Origin: a virus
Taxonomy: Duplodnaviria; Caudoviricetes
Strand: one strand, 5' to 3'
IMG/VR virus record: IMGVR_UViG_3300011868_000001
Coordinates: 64,001-128,000 of that record
Length of the DNA stretch: 64,000 bases
Under the pieces are notes generated by a model, which was not told the origin of the DNA, did no database searches, and saw only the letters and a list, made by a program, of their open reading frames with translations. A program made the translations under genes and the position numbers. Of the stretch, positions 35,606 through 43,726 are shown one piece after another (position 1 is the first letter of the stretch; each line of letters starts with the position of its first letter).

Positions 35606-37155
35606 ACGTAGCCGATATCGATTGGGATCAGATGCGGATGGCTGGTGTCGCTGGACTCGCCTTGACAGCTCGGGCACTTGATCTTCGGCAGTGCGACGTA
35701 AGACACCGTCGACTTCTTGATCCAGTCAATGATTTCCCGATTGATCTTCTCGCTCATCTGCGGGTCTTCACTGAGCATCTCAAGGATGCGGTCCTTTTCC
35801 TCGTACCCATCATAGGTAACAGGGATGCTGTCCGGATCAACGGCGTGTTCAAACGCTGCGACCCAATGGCTGTACTGACGCAGGTTGGTCAGAGCACCCG
35901 AACGCATGATGTGTCGAACCCGATCCATCTCGTTCAGACGCGCACCAAACGCCTCGTTGGTGGCCTTGGCGATACCGTCCACCCAGATATGACCAGCGTC
36001 GATCTGCTCGGCCAGCGAGGGTACGCGCAATACCGCAGTCAGCCCCTTGCCAAGCGGCAGGCGCTTCTCGAAGAAGGTGAACTCCTTCTGGTACTCTTCC
36101 AGCCAGGCGCGGTCACGCTTGGTGGTACGCGAGGCCATCATGCGGGCTTGTTTCTCATTGATCTTCTCACGATCAACAAAGCCCATGCGTGCGAAGTTCA
36201 AGAGCAGTTCGTCGACATGACTGCACTTCTCCGGATTGGCCACGCACGGCTGACGCAGCGGATAACCATCCGGATACATGGCGCAGATCAGACCCCAGAG
36301 CACTTGCTGGTAATCGCGCGAACGAATTACCTTGAGCATCTCCTCGACAGTGTCGCCGGTTTCGAACGTGTAGTTCACCGAAACCATGTGCTCAAGCGCA
36401 AAGCGCATGTAGGTCTCGACCGTGTACACTTCGATGCTGGAGAAGACCATGCCGTTGGTCGAACGACCGAGGTTCATCTTCTCCAAACGGGTCTTCTGCT
36501 CGAAGTCCAGCAGTGCCTGTACCGTCGGTGCCCGGAAGGTGATCCACAGGCCCGTGTTCCACAGCGGAACCTGTACCATAGAACCTTGGCCGAACGAGGC
36601 ACGGATGGCCAGGACCGGGTCCTTGATGTTCTGGGTCTTGACCTTGCCCACGCCGAGCTTGGTCTCGTTGTGCAGTACGTACTGACCCCAGTTACCGGAC
36701 TTGTCGATGTTGTCGAAATACAGGTCCTGATAGATACCGGACATGGTACGGGCAAGGTTTACCAAGCGCCGCTCTTCGCGCGTCAGTTTCTCGGCCCGCT
36801 CGTCTGTCAGATCATGCAGATCACGGGATTCGAGCAACTTGGACAGTTCTTCAACACCAACCTTAAGGGCTACCAAATACGGCAGGGCAGGGTCGGTCTT
36901 CTGGCGCTTCAGGATCGGGTTGTCAGCGTTGACATGTTCATTGGGGGCGAATGCCTCATCCCACATGTCCGATGCTTCTTCCTCAGACTCCGGCTCAGCA
37001 GGCAGTTCAGCCTCACTGTTCAGTTGTTCAGCTGCCTGAAGGGTGGCCGCCTCGAAAGAAGCAGCTTGGTCGACATCTGGCACCAGCGTCGAGGAGATGT
37101 CCTCATCGATAGTGTCCATGCCCTCGTCGTGAGTATTGTTCAGTTCGTCCGTCAT
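35551..37155 (-). CDS. conserved phiKZ-like protein (gp77-like), probable tail/baseplate-hub assembly chaperone with Zn-binding Cys pairs
   Basis: PCVANPEKCSH, KCPSCQG, acidic N-terminus, ends ...GYVFF over a slippery heptamer. Confidence 0.65.
   Translation of the reverse strand: MTDELNNTHDEGMDTIDEDISSTLVPDVDQAASFEAATLQAAEQLNSEAELPAEPESEEEASDMWDEAFAPNEHVNADNPILKRQKTDPALPYLVALKVGVEELSKLLESRDLHDLTDERAEKLTREERRLVNLARTMSGIYQDLYFDNIDKSGNWGQYVLHNETKLGVGKVKTQNIKDPVLAIRASFGQGSMVQVPLWNTGLWITFRAPTVQALLDFEQKTRLEKMNLGRSTNGMVFSSIEVYTVETYMRFALEHMVSVNYTFETGDTVEEMLKVIRSRDYQQVLWGLICAMYPDGYPLRQPCVANPEKCSHVDELLLNFARMGFVDREKINEKQARMMASRTTKRDRAWLEEYQKEFTFFEKRLPLGKGLTAVLRVPSLAEQIDAGHIWVDGIAKATNEAFGARLNEMDRVRHIMRSGALTNLRQYSHWVAAFEHAVDPDSIPVTYDGYEEKDRILEMLSEDPQMSEKINREIIDWIKKSTVSYVALPKIKCPSCQGESSDTSHPHLIPIDIGYVFFTLAALKISQVEGVAM
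35599..35605 (-). promoter_or_regulatory. putative programmed -1 ribosomal frameshift site T-TTT-TTC
   Basis: In-frame X XXY YYZ heptamer, 6-nt spacer, then an 8-bp stem GCCGCGCT/GGCGTGGC. Confidence 0.65.
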
Positions 37156-37164
37156 GACTCAACC

Positions 37165-37560
37165 TTAAATGGAAGCGGTTTGTTCGAGACTGGCCGATTC
37201 GGCAGCCAGCAATTCGACCAGTTCACCGACCAGTGGGCTCAGAGCAGCCGTGGCGTCGTCGATGAAGGTCACGTAGTCACCACCAGCCCGGAGGATTTCG
37301 GGATGATGAGGATGGGCGAGCACTGCGCTGGAAATGGTGCGCTTGTGGCGTGCTCCGATGGTGTTCAGGCGTTCCTGGAATTCAGTCAGGTCACGCTTGA
37401 TGAAACTGGCGAGTTGGGCGCAGCGAGCGGCCTTGGTATCGTCGCTCCAACGGTGAGCGGCGGCATCGCGAGTGGCTTTGGCAAAACGATAAAGAAGATT
37501 GCGAGACTCTTGCTGGAGCGTCTCAAGACTCTGACGAGGAGTCATGCGTGAAGTGGTCAT
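37165..37560 (-). CDS. hypothetical helical protein (about 131 aa)
   Basis: Operonic with the downstream gene; start uncertain. Confidence 0.65.
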   Translation of the reverse strand: MTTSRMTPRQSLETLQQESRNLLYRFAKATRDAAAHRWSDDTKAARCAQLASFIKRDLTEFQERLNTIGARHKRTISSAVLAHPHHPEILRAGGDYVTFIDDATAALSPLVGELVELLAAESASLEQTASI

Positions 37561-37656
37561 AACTACAAACCCTAGTGAAATGGAAAACGGACTGGCCAAT
37601 TATTTGTACTTTACTCATATTAGGTCGGGTAAACTTTTTTTATTAAGGATGGTGCC

Positions 37657-38490
37657 ATGTTTGAAGAACTCTCCGATATCCTGAAGGGTCGAGTCGACCC
37701 GGCCGTGTGGGTCGGTATCAATGCCATCACCTCAGCACTGGAGAAACACAGTGCGACTGTCTGGCAAGAGCGCATCATCACCTTGCGGATGGATGCAAAC
37801 AACCGCGAGATGGGGGCGGTGGTCGAAGAAGCGTTGCACATTATCTACGATCAAGTGCGCGCACTCTTGCAACAGATGCAGATCACGCTGGAACTCGATA
37901 CGCTGTCGATGGACCGCCTGGCGATGATTCTCGAGGCACTGGTATTTACCCCCAACGACTTGGACAGTGAGGCGCTGGCGGCGCTGGAAGCGGGCGAAGA
38001 TACTGTCGAAGCCTTCTGCGATGTGCTGGGTATCTACCTTAACCTCGTGCCCGAGGAACTGATGGAGTACGTCATCGATGTCTCCAATCAGGCCATCCTG
38101 GCGATCCAGGAGAAGCTTGGGCAGAACCTAAGCTATCGGGAAGAAACCGGCGAAGGCGTGGCCGAAACGGTCCGACTCCTCAATCGTCATCAGCTCTTGG
38201 TTGGCGACACACTGACAGTTGGCATGGAGTCCCTGAATCAAGGTACGGCGCCCGGCGCGGACATGACCTCGATGGTCCTGGCTAACCGCGGACGTTTGGT
38301 CGATCTGGCGCCTGATGCGCTGGCCGATGAACTGCTGTCGTTGGCGATCCTGTCCAAAACACCATACGATGCCCTGGAAGACGAAGTCATGCACTTTGTC
38401 GAAGGCATCCTCAATGACCCATTCACGATCCAGCGAGCCTTCAAGCGTATTCGTTCGCGCCTGGGTGAGTTGCCGGAGCACACGCCATGA
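37657..38490 (+). CDS. conserved virion protein (phiKZ gp79-like)
   Basis: 277 aa; coupled to the vRNAP subunit gene; AAGGA SD. Confidence 0.65.
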   Translation: MFEELSDILKGRVDPAVWVGINAITSALEKHSATVWQERIITLRMDANNREMGAVVEEALHIIYDQVRALLQQMQITLELDTLSMDRLAMILEALVFTPNDLDSEALAALEAGEDTVEAFCDVLGIYLNLVPEELMEYVIDVSNQAILAIQEKLGQNLSYREETGEGVAETVRLLNRHQLLVGDTLTVGMESLNQGTAPGADMTSMVLANRGRLVDLAPDALADELLSLAILSKTPYDALEDEVMHFVEGILNDPFTIQRAFKRIRSRLGELPEHTP

Positions 38491-39806
38491 AAAAGCAAGA
38501 CTTTTACATTCAAGCCCTGCTCGGTGGGGCGTTCCGCCGTAAGGACTGGGTCATCAGTGCCTTCTCGGTGACGCGACCACAAGTCGATGAAGAGCACTCG
38601 CTGACCGCGTATCAGTTATACACCATCTGTTACAACCGTGATTCGACAGAAGTCTATGTTCCCACCTTAGGCGGAGATGAGTGGGTCACCATTGAAGACA
38701 GCCCGCCGATGCAGCAGTTGTTCTTCCCCGGTGATCCGTTGACGGTGACGCCGGAGATGATCCCCAATTGCAAAGAGCCGGTTGAATCGACCTATGGCGA
38801 CCTGCTGTTTAACTGGATTGCGTTGGTGGAACCGTTTGGCGAACGGATTGACTATCAGGTCGGTCCCGTCAACATCCGTAAGATCGAGCGCATCATTGCG
38901 ACAAAGCTGGTTGATGATCCGGAAATCTCCGGCCGTGAACTGGCGCCTGATGAAATCCCGATCAAGATGTACATGCGCTACGGGCGCTGCATGGGAGCGT
39001 TGGCGGGATTCACCCAGGTCTTCGTTCCTACACTGAGTCCTAAGGCGCTGACTACCGATCCTCGAGTGCGCACTGTACGTGATGAACTGCTCGAGAAGAA
39101 CAAAGAACGCTTACATGACCCAGTGGTCGTGGCCGGCATCCAGAACGAGTTGATTGCCATCGACAAAGAATGGATCAAAGACGATCCGTCTGAAGGCTTT
39201 CTGATCTCGAACAAGACCTTCGGCACGGCACGTAAGCGGATGTTCCTGATTCATGGTCCAGAAGCAGGCTTTAATGAAGGCGGTAACGCAGAGCTTGTAG
39301 TCAACAGCCTCAATGAAGGTTGGGACACAGACAAGCTGGTGGCGATGTTCAACTCCACTCGAGCCGGTTCGTTCTACCGTGGTGCATTGACGGCCTTGGG
39401 TGGTGAGGCGGTGAAGTTCTTCATGCGCGTCTTCCAGAACACCGCCGTTGGGGAAGAGGATTGCGGATCAACCCTGGGCATCGAACGGATCGTTGAACCG
39501 GGGCAATCGGATTACTACGTCGGACTGTGGGAAATCAAGTCGGACAAGACCAGTCAAGTGATCACCCCTGAGCGAGCCAAGGCACTGGAAGGCAAGAAGT
39601 TCATGAGCCGGTCTCCGCTGTTCTGCAAGACAGGAGCAACCGATTTCTGTGAACGTTGCGTCGGACAAGCACTGGCTGCTATCCCATACGCCCTGGGTGC
39701 TGAGAACGTCTCGGTCGCCTCGAAGTTCATGGACATCATGATGGCCTCGGCACACGCCAAGGAACTCAAGACGGCCAAACTCAATATCCATGAAGCCTTT
39801 ACCTAA
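38487..39806 (+). CDS. virion RNA polymerase beta' C-terminal subunit (phiKZ gp80-like)
   Basis: Bridge-helix-like RAGSFYRGALTALGG, EDCGS, RSPLFC...FCERCVG Zn site, trigger-loop-like MMASAH. Confidence 0.85.
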   Translation: MKKQDFYIQALLGGAFRRKDWVISAFSVTRPQVDEEHSLTAYQLYTICYNRDSTEVYVPTLGGDEWVTIEDSPPMQQLFFPGDPLTVTPEMIPNCKEPVESTYGDLLFNWIALVEPFGERIDYQVGPVNIRKIERIIATKLVDDPEISGRELAPDEIPIKMYMRYGRCMGALAGFTQVFVPTLSPKALTTDPRVRTVRDELLEKNKERLHDPVVVAGIQNELIAIDKEWIKDDPSEGFLISNKTFGTARKRMFLIHGPEAGFNEGGNAELVVNSLNEGWDTDKLVAMFNSTRAGSFYRGALTALGGEAVKFFMRVFQNTAVGEEDCGSTLGIERIVEPGQSDYYVGLWEIKSDKTSQVITPERAKALEGKKFMSRSPLFCKTGATDFCERCVGQALAAIPYALGAENVSVASKFMDIMMASAHAKELKTAKLNIHEAFT

Positions 39807-39817
39807 AGGGTAACCTC

Positions 39818-42736
39818 ATGAGCAATAAATACAACGGTAAGTACCCGGCTGCCTGGTCGGAAGGGGATATCGCCTTCTATGAACAGGTGGGTCGGGAACC
39901 TGATAAGACCAGCAATGGCCTGTGGGTCTCGGACAAGACCCGTGAAGCCAAAGCCTTGGTTGACTGGACGCTGGCTGAACTGTACGCCTTGGCCAATAAC
40001 GAACTGCTCAGCGAGTATTCCTCCGGCAGTGAAGAGTTCTACAAGGTCGTGCGAGCCAAGGCGCTGCTTGAGCACAAAGACGCCCTGAACTGGGGCGAGG
40101 AAGACCTGTACGAATGGCTGTTGTTCGAACGCACTCCGGCCAAGAGTCCGAATGGCTACTACATCAATGACCCAGAGCGTTGGGTCAAGGATGCGGCCCT
40201 CTGGAACGACAGTGAGCTGGTCGATCTGGGCATGGGTTACTTCGGTGAGCCGAGCAAGCGTGAGCTGTATATTCTTGATGAAGCCTGCGGGCGGTTTGAT
40301 CTGCCGCTTGGCATCACCTGGGAAGACTACTGCACCTACATCAAGACGTCCGTCAAGCCCGAACTGACCAGCACTGGGGTGTTGATCAATGATCGTCATC
40401 GGGCAACCAAGTCCATTGATGATTGGTCGGAGGCTGAGCTTAAAGCGTATGCGTTAGGTGAGATCGAAACTGACTCTACCGATAAAGCCTTGTTGGCCAA
40501 GGCCCTGGAAACCTTCGGTGGGGAATGGTACTGGGATCGCCTGTCACTGATGGTCTGGGTGGGCGATGGGGAAATCCCTGAGTTTGTCCATGCGTATGAC
40601 GAATACACCGATGACCAGCTCAAGTGCTTGATTCGTGAGACTCAAGATGCCGAAGCCATCGATGTCCTCGAAGCGCGCCACATCCGTGAACTGGCAGATT
40701 GGTGGACGACTGAACAGCGCCTGACTTATCTGCTCGACGGTATTGAACCTGTAGCGCCGGTTGTTGAAGAGGTCGTCGAAGATGAACCCGAAACTGAACC
40801 TGAGCCTGAAGAACCCGAAGACGTTCCCGAGGAGTCGCTGGCCGAAGCCGAACCAGAAGTGGCCGACGTCATTGAAGAAGCCCTCCCCGAAACTGAACCT
40901 GAGCCGAGCGTTGAAGTCAGGACACTTGAGTGGACGGACTTGGTGGCAGAAGGCACTGAACTCTTTGATGCAATGGCGGTAACCACCTCCGAAGCCATCA
41001 TAGCCGATGAGGAGCGCCGCCAGTATCTCACGGCGTCCAAGTGGAGCTTGGCAGAACTGGTCGGCTGGGCCCGTGATCTCATCCCGTCTGGCATGAACAC
41101 CACCGCCAGCACGCTTGTAAGCGCCTTACGACGTCACTGTGATGCCTTTACGGCTAACTGGACCGATGATGCTGTCAAACAGTTTATCGGCTTCAAAACG
41201 CTTCCTGAAGGCCTTGGGAAAGGAATGCTGGTGCATGATGCAGTGCGGAATCGTACTCATCCCGGTGATTGGTCTGACGCTGAGCTGCGGGCCTATTTCC
41301 GAAACGAAATCCAATCCACACGAGAGCGCAAGGAAATCTGGCTGAGTGCCTGGGTGCGATTCAATGTCCCCAGTCATTTCACCGATGAGCAAGCGCTAGA
41401 CTACATCACCACAGGTGTAAAGCCTGTTGAAGAGGTTGCACCTATCGTGGCTGGCACACCCATCAGCATTGCACAGTTGGATGCATGGCTGGCCGGGACC
41501 TTGAAAGTTGAGGATGCGGCAGTTGAAGAGACCCTCTTCGCAACCGCCCGGCAGCATTACAAGATCGATGTACGCTGGACCGACTCGCAGATACTGACAT
41601 GGTTCCGCAATGGTACCGAACCCAGGACCGTTGAAGGCGGGATTCAGATTGAAGACCGCATGCGTGACTCTTCCAGCCCGGCTAACTGGAATTGGAAGGA
41701 ATTGCGGGCGTTGGCACTGGGTTTGATCGAGGCTGACTTTGATCTGCGGGATCAACCGAGCATGGAACGTATCCGGCGGCTGATCGATGTTCAGTTCGGC
41801 GTGCGCCCGGCTCATTGGTCGGATGATGAAGTGCTGGACTATCTGCGTGACCAGACTGTGCCCAAGGCGTTGGAAAACGGCGTGTACATCAATGATCCCA
41901 CCCGTGCCCGTAAGCAAGCTGTCGAGTGGCGTGATGCCGAACTCAAGGCATGGCTGAAGGGTGAGATCGTCGCTACAGAGAAAGCCACCGAGCCCGACCT
42001 GTGGGAAGAGGTATACGTACGCTTTAAGGTTCCGGTCTTCTGGTATCAGGAAGACGCCAGATCGTATGTACTGGACCGTGCCATGGTGCCTTCCACCTTG
42101 TCAGGTATCTGGGTCCGTGACCGTAACCGCGATGCGCGCAAAGCCTCCCATTGGACGCGGCGTGAAATCAAAGCCTGGTGTCGGGGTCAAATCCTGCCAG
42201 GTATCAACGCTCCAGCGGATGATCTACTCAAGCGAGCAGTGACCCTGTTCGGACTGTCCCACTATCTCGATGCCGATACGGTCAAGAAACGTATCAGCGA
42301 AATCACTGAGGAATCGATGACCATGACTGTCAAGTTTGTTGACGAAGACCTGAAGAGCTACGAAGCAGGTCGTAAAGAGGCTGGGGACAACGGCACCAAG
42401 GCCGCTCCCTACCAATCGCTGTTGGAGCGTTGCATCAACCGTGTACTGCGGCTGGATGGCGAAGACTTCGTGCAAGGCTGGACGGAACTGCTGAACTTCT
42501 TCCATAAGAACAGCAAGGACATCTGCTCGCCGAAGAAAATCTACGTCGGTGTGGGCCAGATGGCCATTACCCCTAAGGGTCTGCGCACCTTCCAGAACAT
42601 GACCTCCATCCTGTCGACCACCTGCGACCCGAGCACCCGTGATCGTTCGGTCAAGCAGATCGACTGGACCGCGGCTTTGAAAGATGTGGCCAACGAGAAA
42701 GCACGACAAAATGTGCTTTCATATTACGGACAGTGA
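39818..42736 (+). CDS. large Trp-rich repeat protein (972 aa)
   Basis: At least 8 GxxxxDxxR-x7-WxxxEL repeats; central E/P-rich linker. Confidence 0.85.
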   Translation: MSNKYNGKYPAAWSEGDIAFYEQVGREPDKTSNGLWVSDKTREAKALVDWTLAELYALANNELLSEYSSGSEEFYKVVRAKALLEHKDALNWGEEDLYEWLLFERTPAKSPNGYYINDPERWVKDAALWNDSELVDLGMGYFGEPSKRELYILDEACGRFDLPLGITWEDYCTYIKTSVKPELTSTGVLINDRHRATKSIDDWSEAELKAYALGEIETDSTDKALLAKALETFGGEWYWDRLSLMVWVGDGEIPEFVHAYDEYTDDQLKCLIRETQDAEAIDVLEARHIRELADWWTTEQRLTYLLDGIEPVAPVVEEVVEDEPETEPEPEEPEDVPEESLAEAEPEVADVIEEALPETEPEPSVEVRTLEWTDLVAEGTELFDAMAVTTSEAIIADEERRQYLTASKWSLAELVGWARDLIPSGMNTTASTLVSALRRHCDAFTANWTDDAVKQFIGFKTLPEGLGKGMLVHDAVRNRTHPGDWSDAELRAYFRNEIQSTRERKEIWLSAWVRFNVPSHFTDEQALDYITTGVKPVEEVAPIVAGTPISIAQLDAWLAGTLKVEDAAVEETLFATARQHYKIDVRWTDSQILTWFRNGTEPRTVEGGIQIEDRMRDSSSPANWNWKELRALALGLIEADFDLRDQPSMERIRRLIDVQFGVRPAHWSDDEVLDYLRDQTVPKALENGVYINDPTRARKQAVEWRDAELKAWLKGEIVATEKATEPDLWEEVYVRFKVPVFWYQEDARSYVLDRAMVPSTLSGIWVRDRNRDARKASHWTRREIKAWCRGQILPGINAPADDLLKRAVTLFGLSHYLDADTVKKRISEITEESMTMTVKFVDEDLKSYEAGRKEAGDNGTKAAPYQSLLERCINRVLRLDGEDFVQGWTELLNFFHKNSKDICSPKKIYVGVGQMAITPKGLRTFQNMTSILSTTCDPSTRDRSVKQIDWTAALKDVANEKARQNVLSYYGQ

Positions 42737-42756
42737 GAAAAGAAAAAAAGAAAGAT

Positions 42757-42790
42757 ACATAGAGAGGAGCCATCGGGCTCCTCTCTATGT
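42757..42790. terminator. 15-bp hairpin between convergent genes
   Basis: ACATAGAGAGGAGCC/GGCTCCTCTCTATGT. Confidence 0.75.
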
Positions 42791-42794
42791 CTGC

Positions 42795-43250
42795 TTAACG
42801 CACCTTGGCTAGGATAGCGTTCACCACACTCGGGCGGCTGTGTGCATCGCTCCGCTGAGCCACCGCGTCCAACGCCAGTGCTACGAACCGTTCTTCTTTC
42901 GTAGCGATCTCGATGAACGCATCTTCAGTCAGACGGTTTTCATCGAGCAACAGCTTCAGTTCCTTCCTGAAGATGAGGTTGGCATTGCCAGAACCGCTGG
43001 TGTAACAGAAGTCATAGACGATTCCCGTTACGATATTAGCCACCAATGCAACGATCGGGTCTTTCAAATCCCGATCAAGAATTGTCGCTACGGGCTTCAT
43101 GGCGACCACTATAATGGCGCACTTACGGCTGATAACGCCACCGTAAATTTTGTTGGCCATAGCGACGGCGTTATCCAGACTGGTGATCTCCACCTGGAAG
43201 CGACGTGCCCAGACAGCGACGTTCTGGTGCATTTCAGTTTTATAGGACAT
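42795..43250 (-). CDS. hypothetical protein (151 aa)
   Basis: AAGGAG SD before MSYKTE; promoter variant TACATAGT at 43287-43294. Confidence 0.7.
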   Translation of the reverse strand: MSYKTEMHQNVAVWARRFQVEITSLDNAVAMANKIYGGVISRKCAIIVVAMKPVATILDRDLKDPIVALVANIVTGIVYDFCYTSGSGNANLIFRKELKLLLDENRLTEDAFIEIATKEERFVALALDAVAQRSDAHSRPSVVNAILAKVR

Positions 43251-43366
43251 GGCGATCTCCTTTAGATCGTGGGTATGGTCACCCCTACTATGTATCGTTG
43301 AAAAACTTTCGAATCGAATACACGAGGGGCCTGTACAAATAGGTGAGGTTGGTTTTTGGTGACACG

Positions 43367-43681
43367 TTACTCGGTACGCAACGACCACGTCCAGCGGAGA
43401 TCGTTTTCGTGATTAAGGCACTTGGGATGACCCAGCCACTTATCGAGCTCGGCTTGTTCGAGCACGTAGGCTTCTTCACGGGTCTGAGTGACGACGTATT
43501 CAAACACCATATTAGGATCGTCTGAATACAACTCCGAGAGCCGTGTGTTGAGGTGGGTGCGTAGGGTGAGGGAGGACATCAGGCCAATTTCTCGTCGATA
43601 GAGGTTATTGGTACTGCCGATGTAGAAGGTCCCGGAACTGATGTGGTTGAGGATATAACATCCAGGCTGTCGTGGTATCAT
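43367..43681 (-). CDS. minimal GIY-YIG nuclease
   Basis: GCY-x9-FYIGST, R, LEQ, CLN motifs; 104 aa; AAGGA SD. Confidence 0.8.
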   Translation of the reverse strand: MIPRQPGCYILNHISSGTFYIGSTNNLYRREIGLMSSLTLRTHLNTRLSELYSDDPNMVFEYVVTQTREEAYVLEQAELDKWLGHPKCLNHENDLRWTWSLRTE

Positions 43682-43702
43682 CGATGGTTCCTTTCGGAAT
43701 AA

Positions 43703-43724
43703 GTGAGGGGCCGTAGCCCCTCAC
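43703..43724 (-). terminator. stem-loop terminator
   Basis: GTGAGGGGC/GCCCCTCAC. Confidence 0.6.
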
Positions 43725-43726
43725 GG

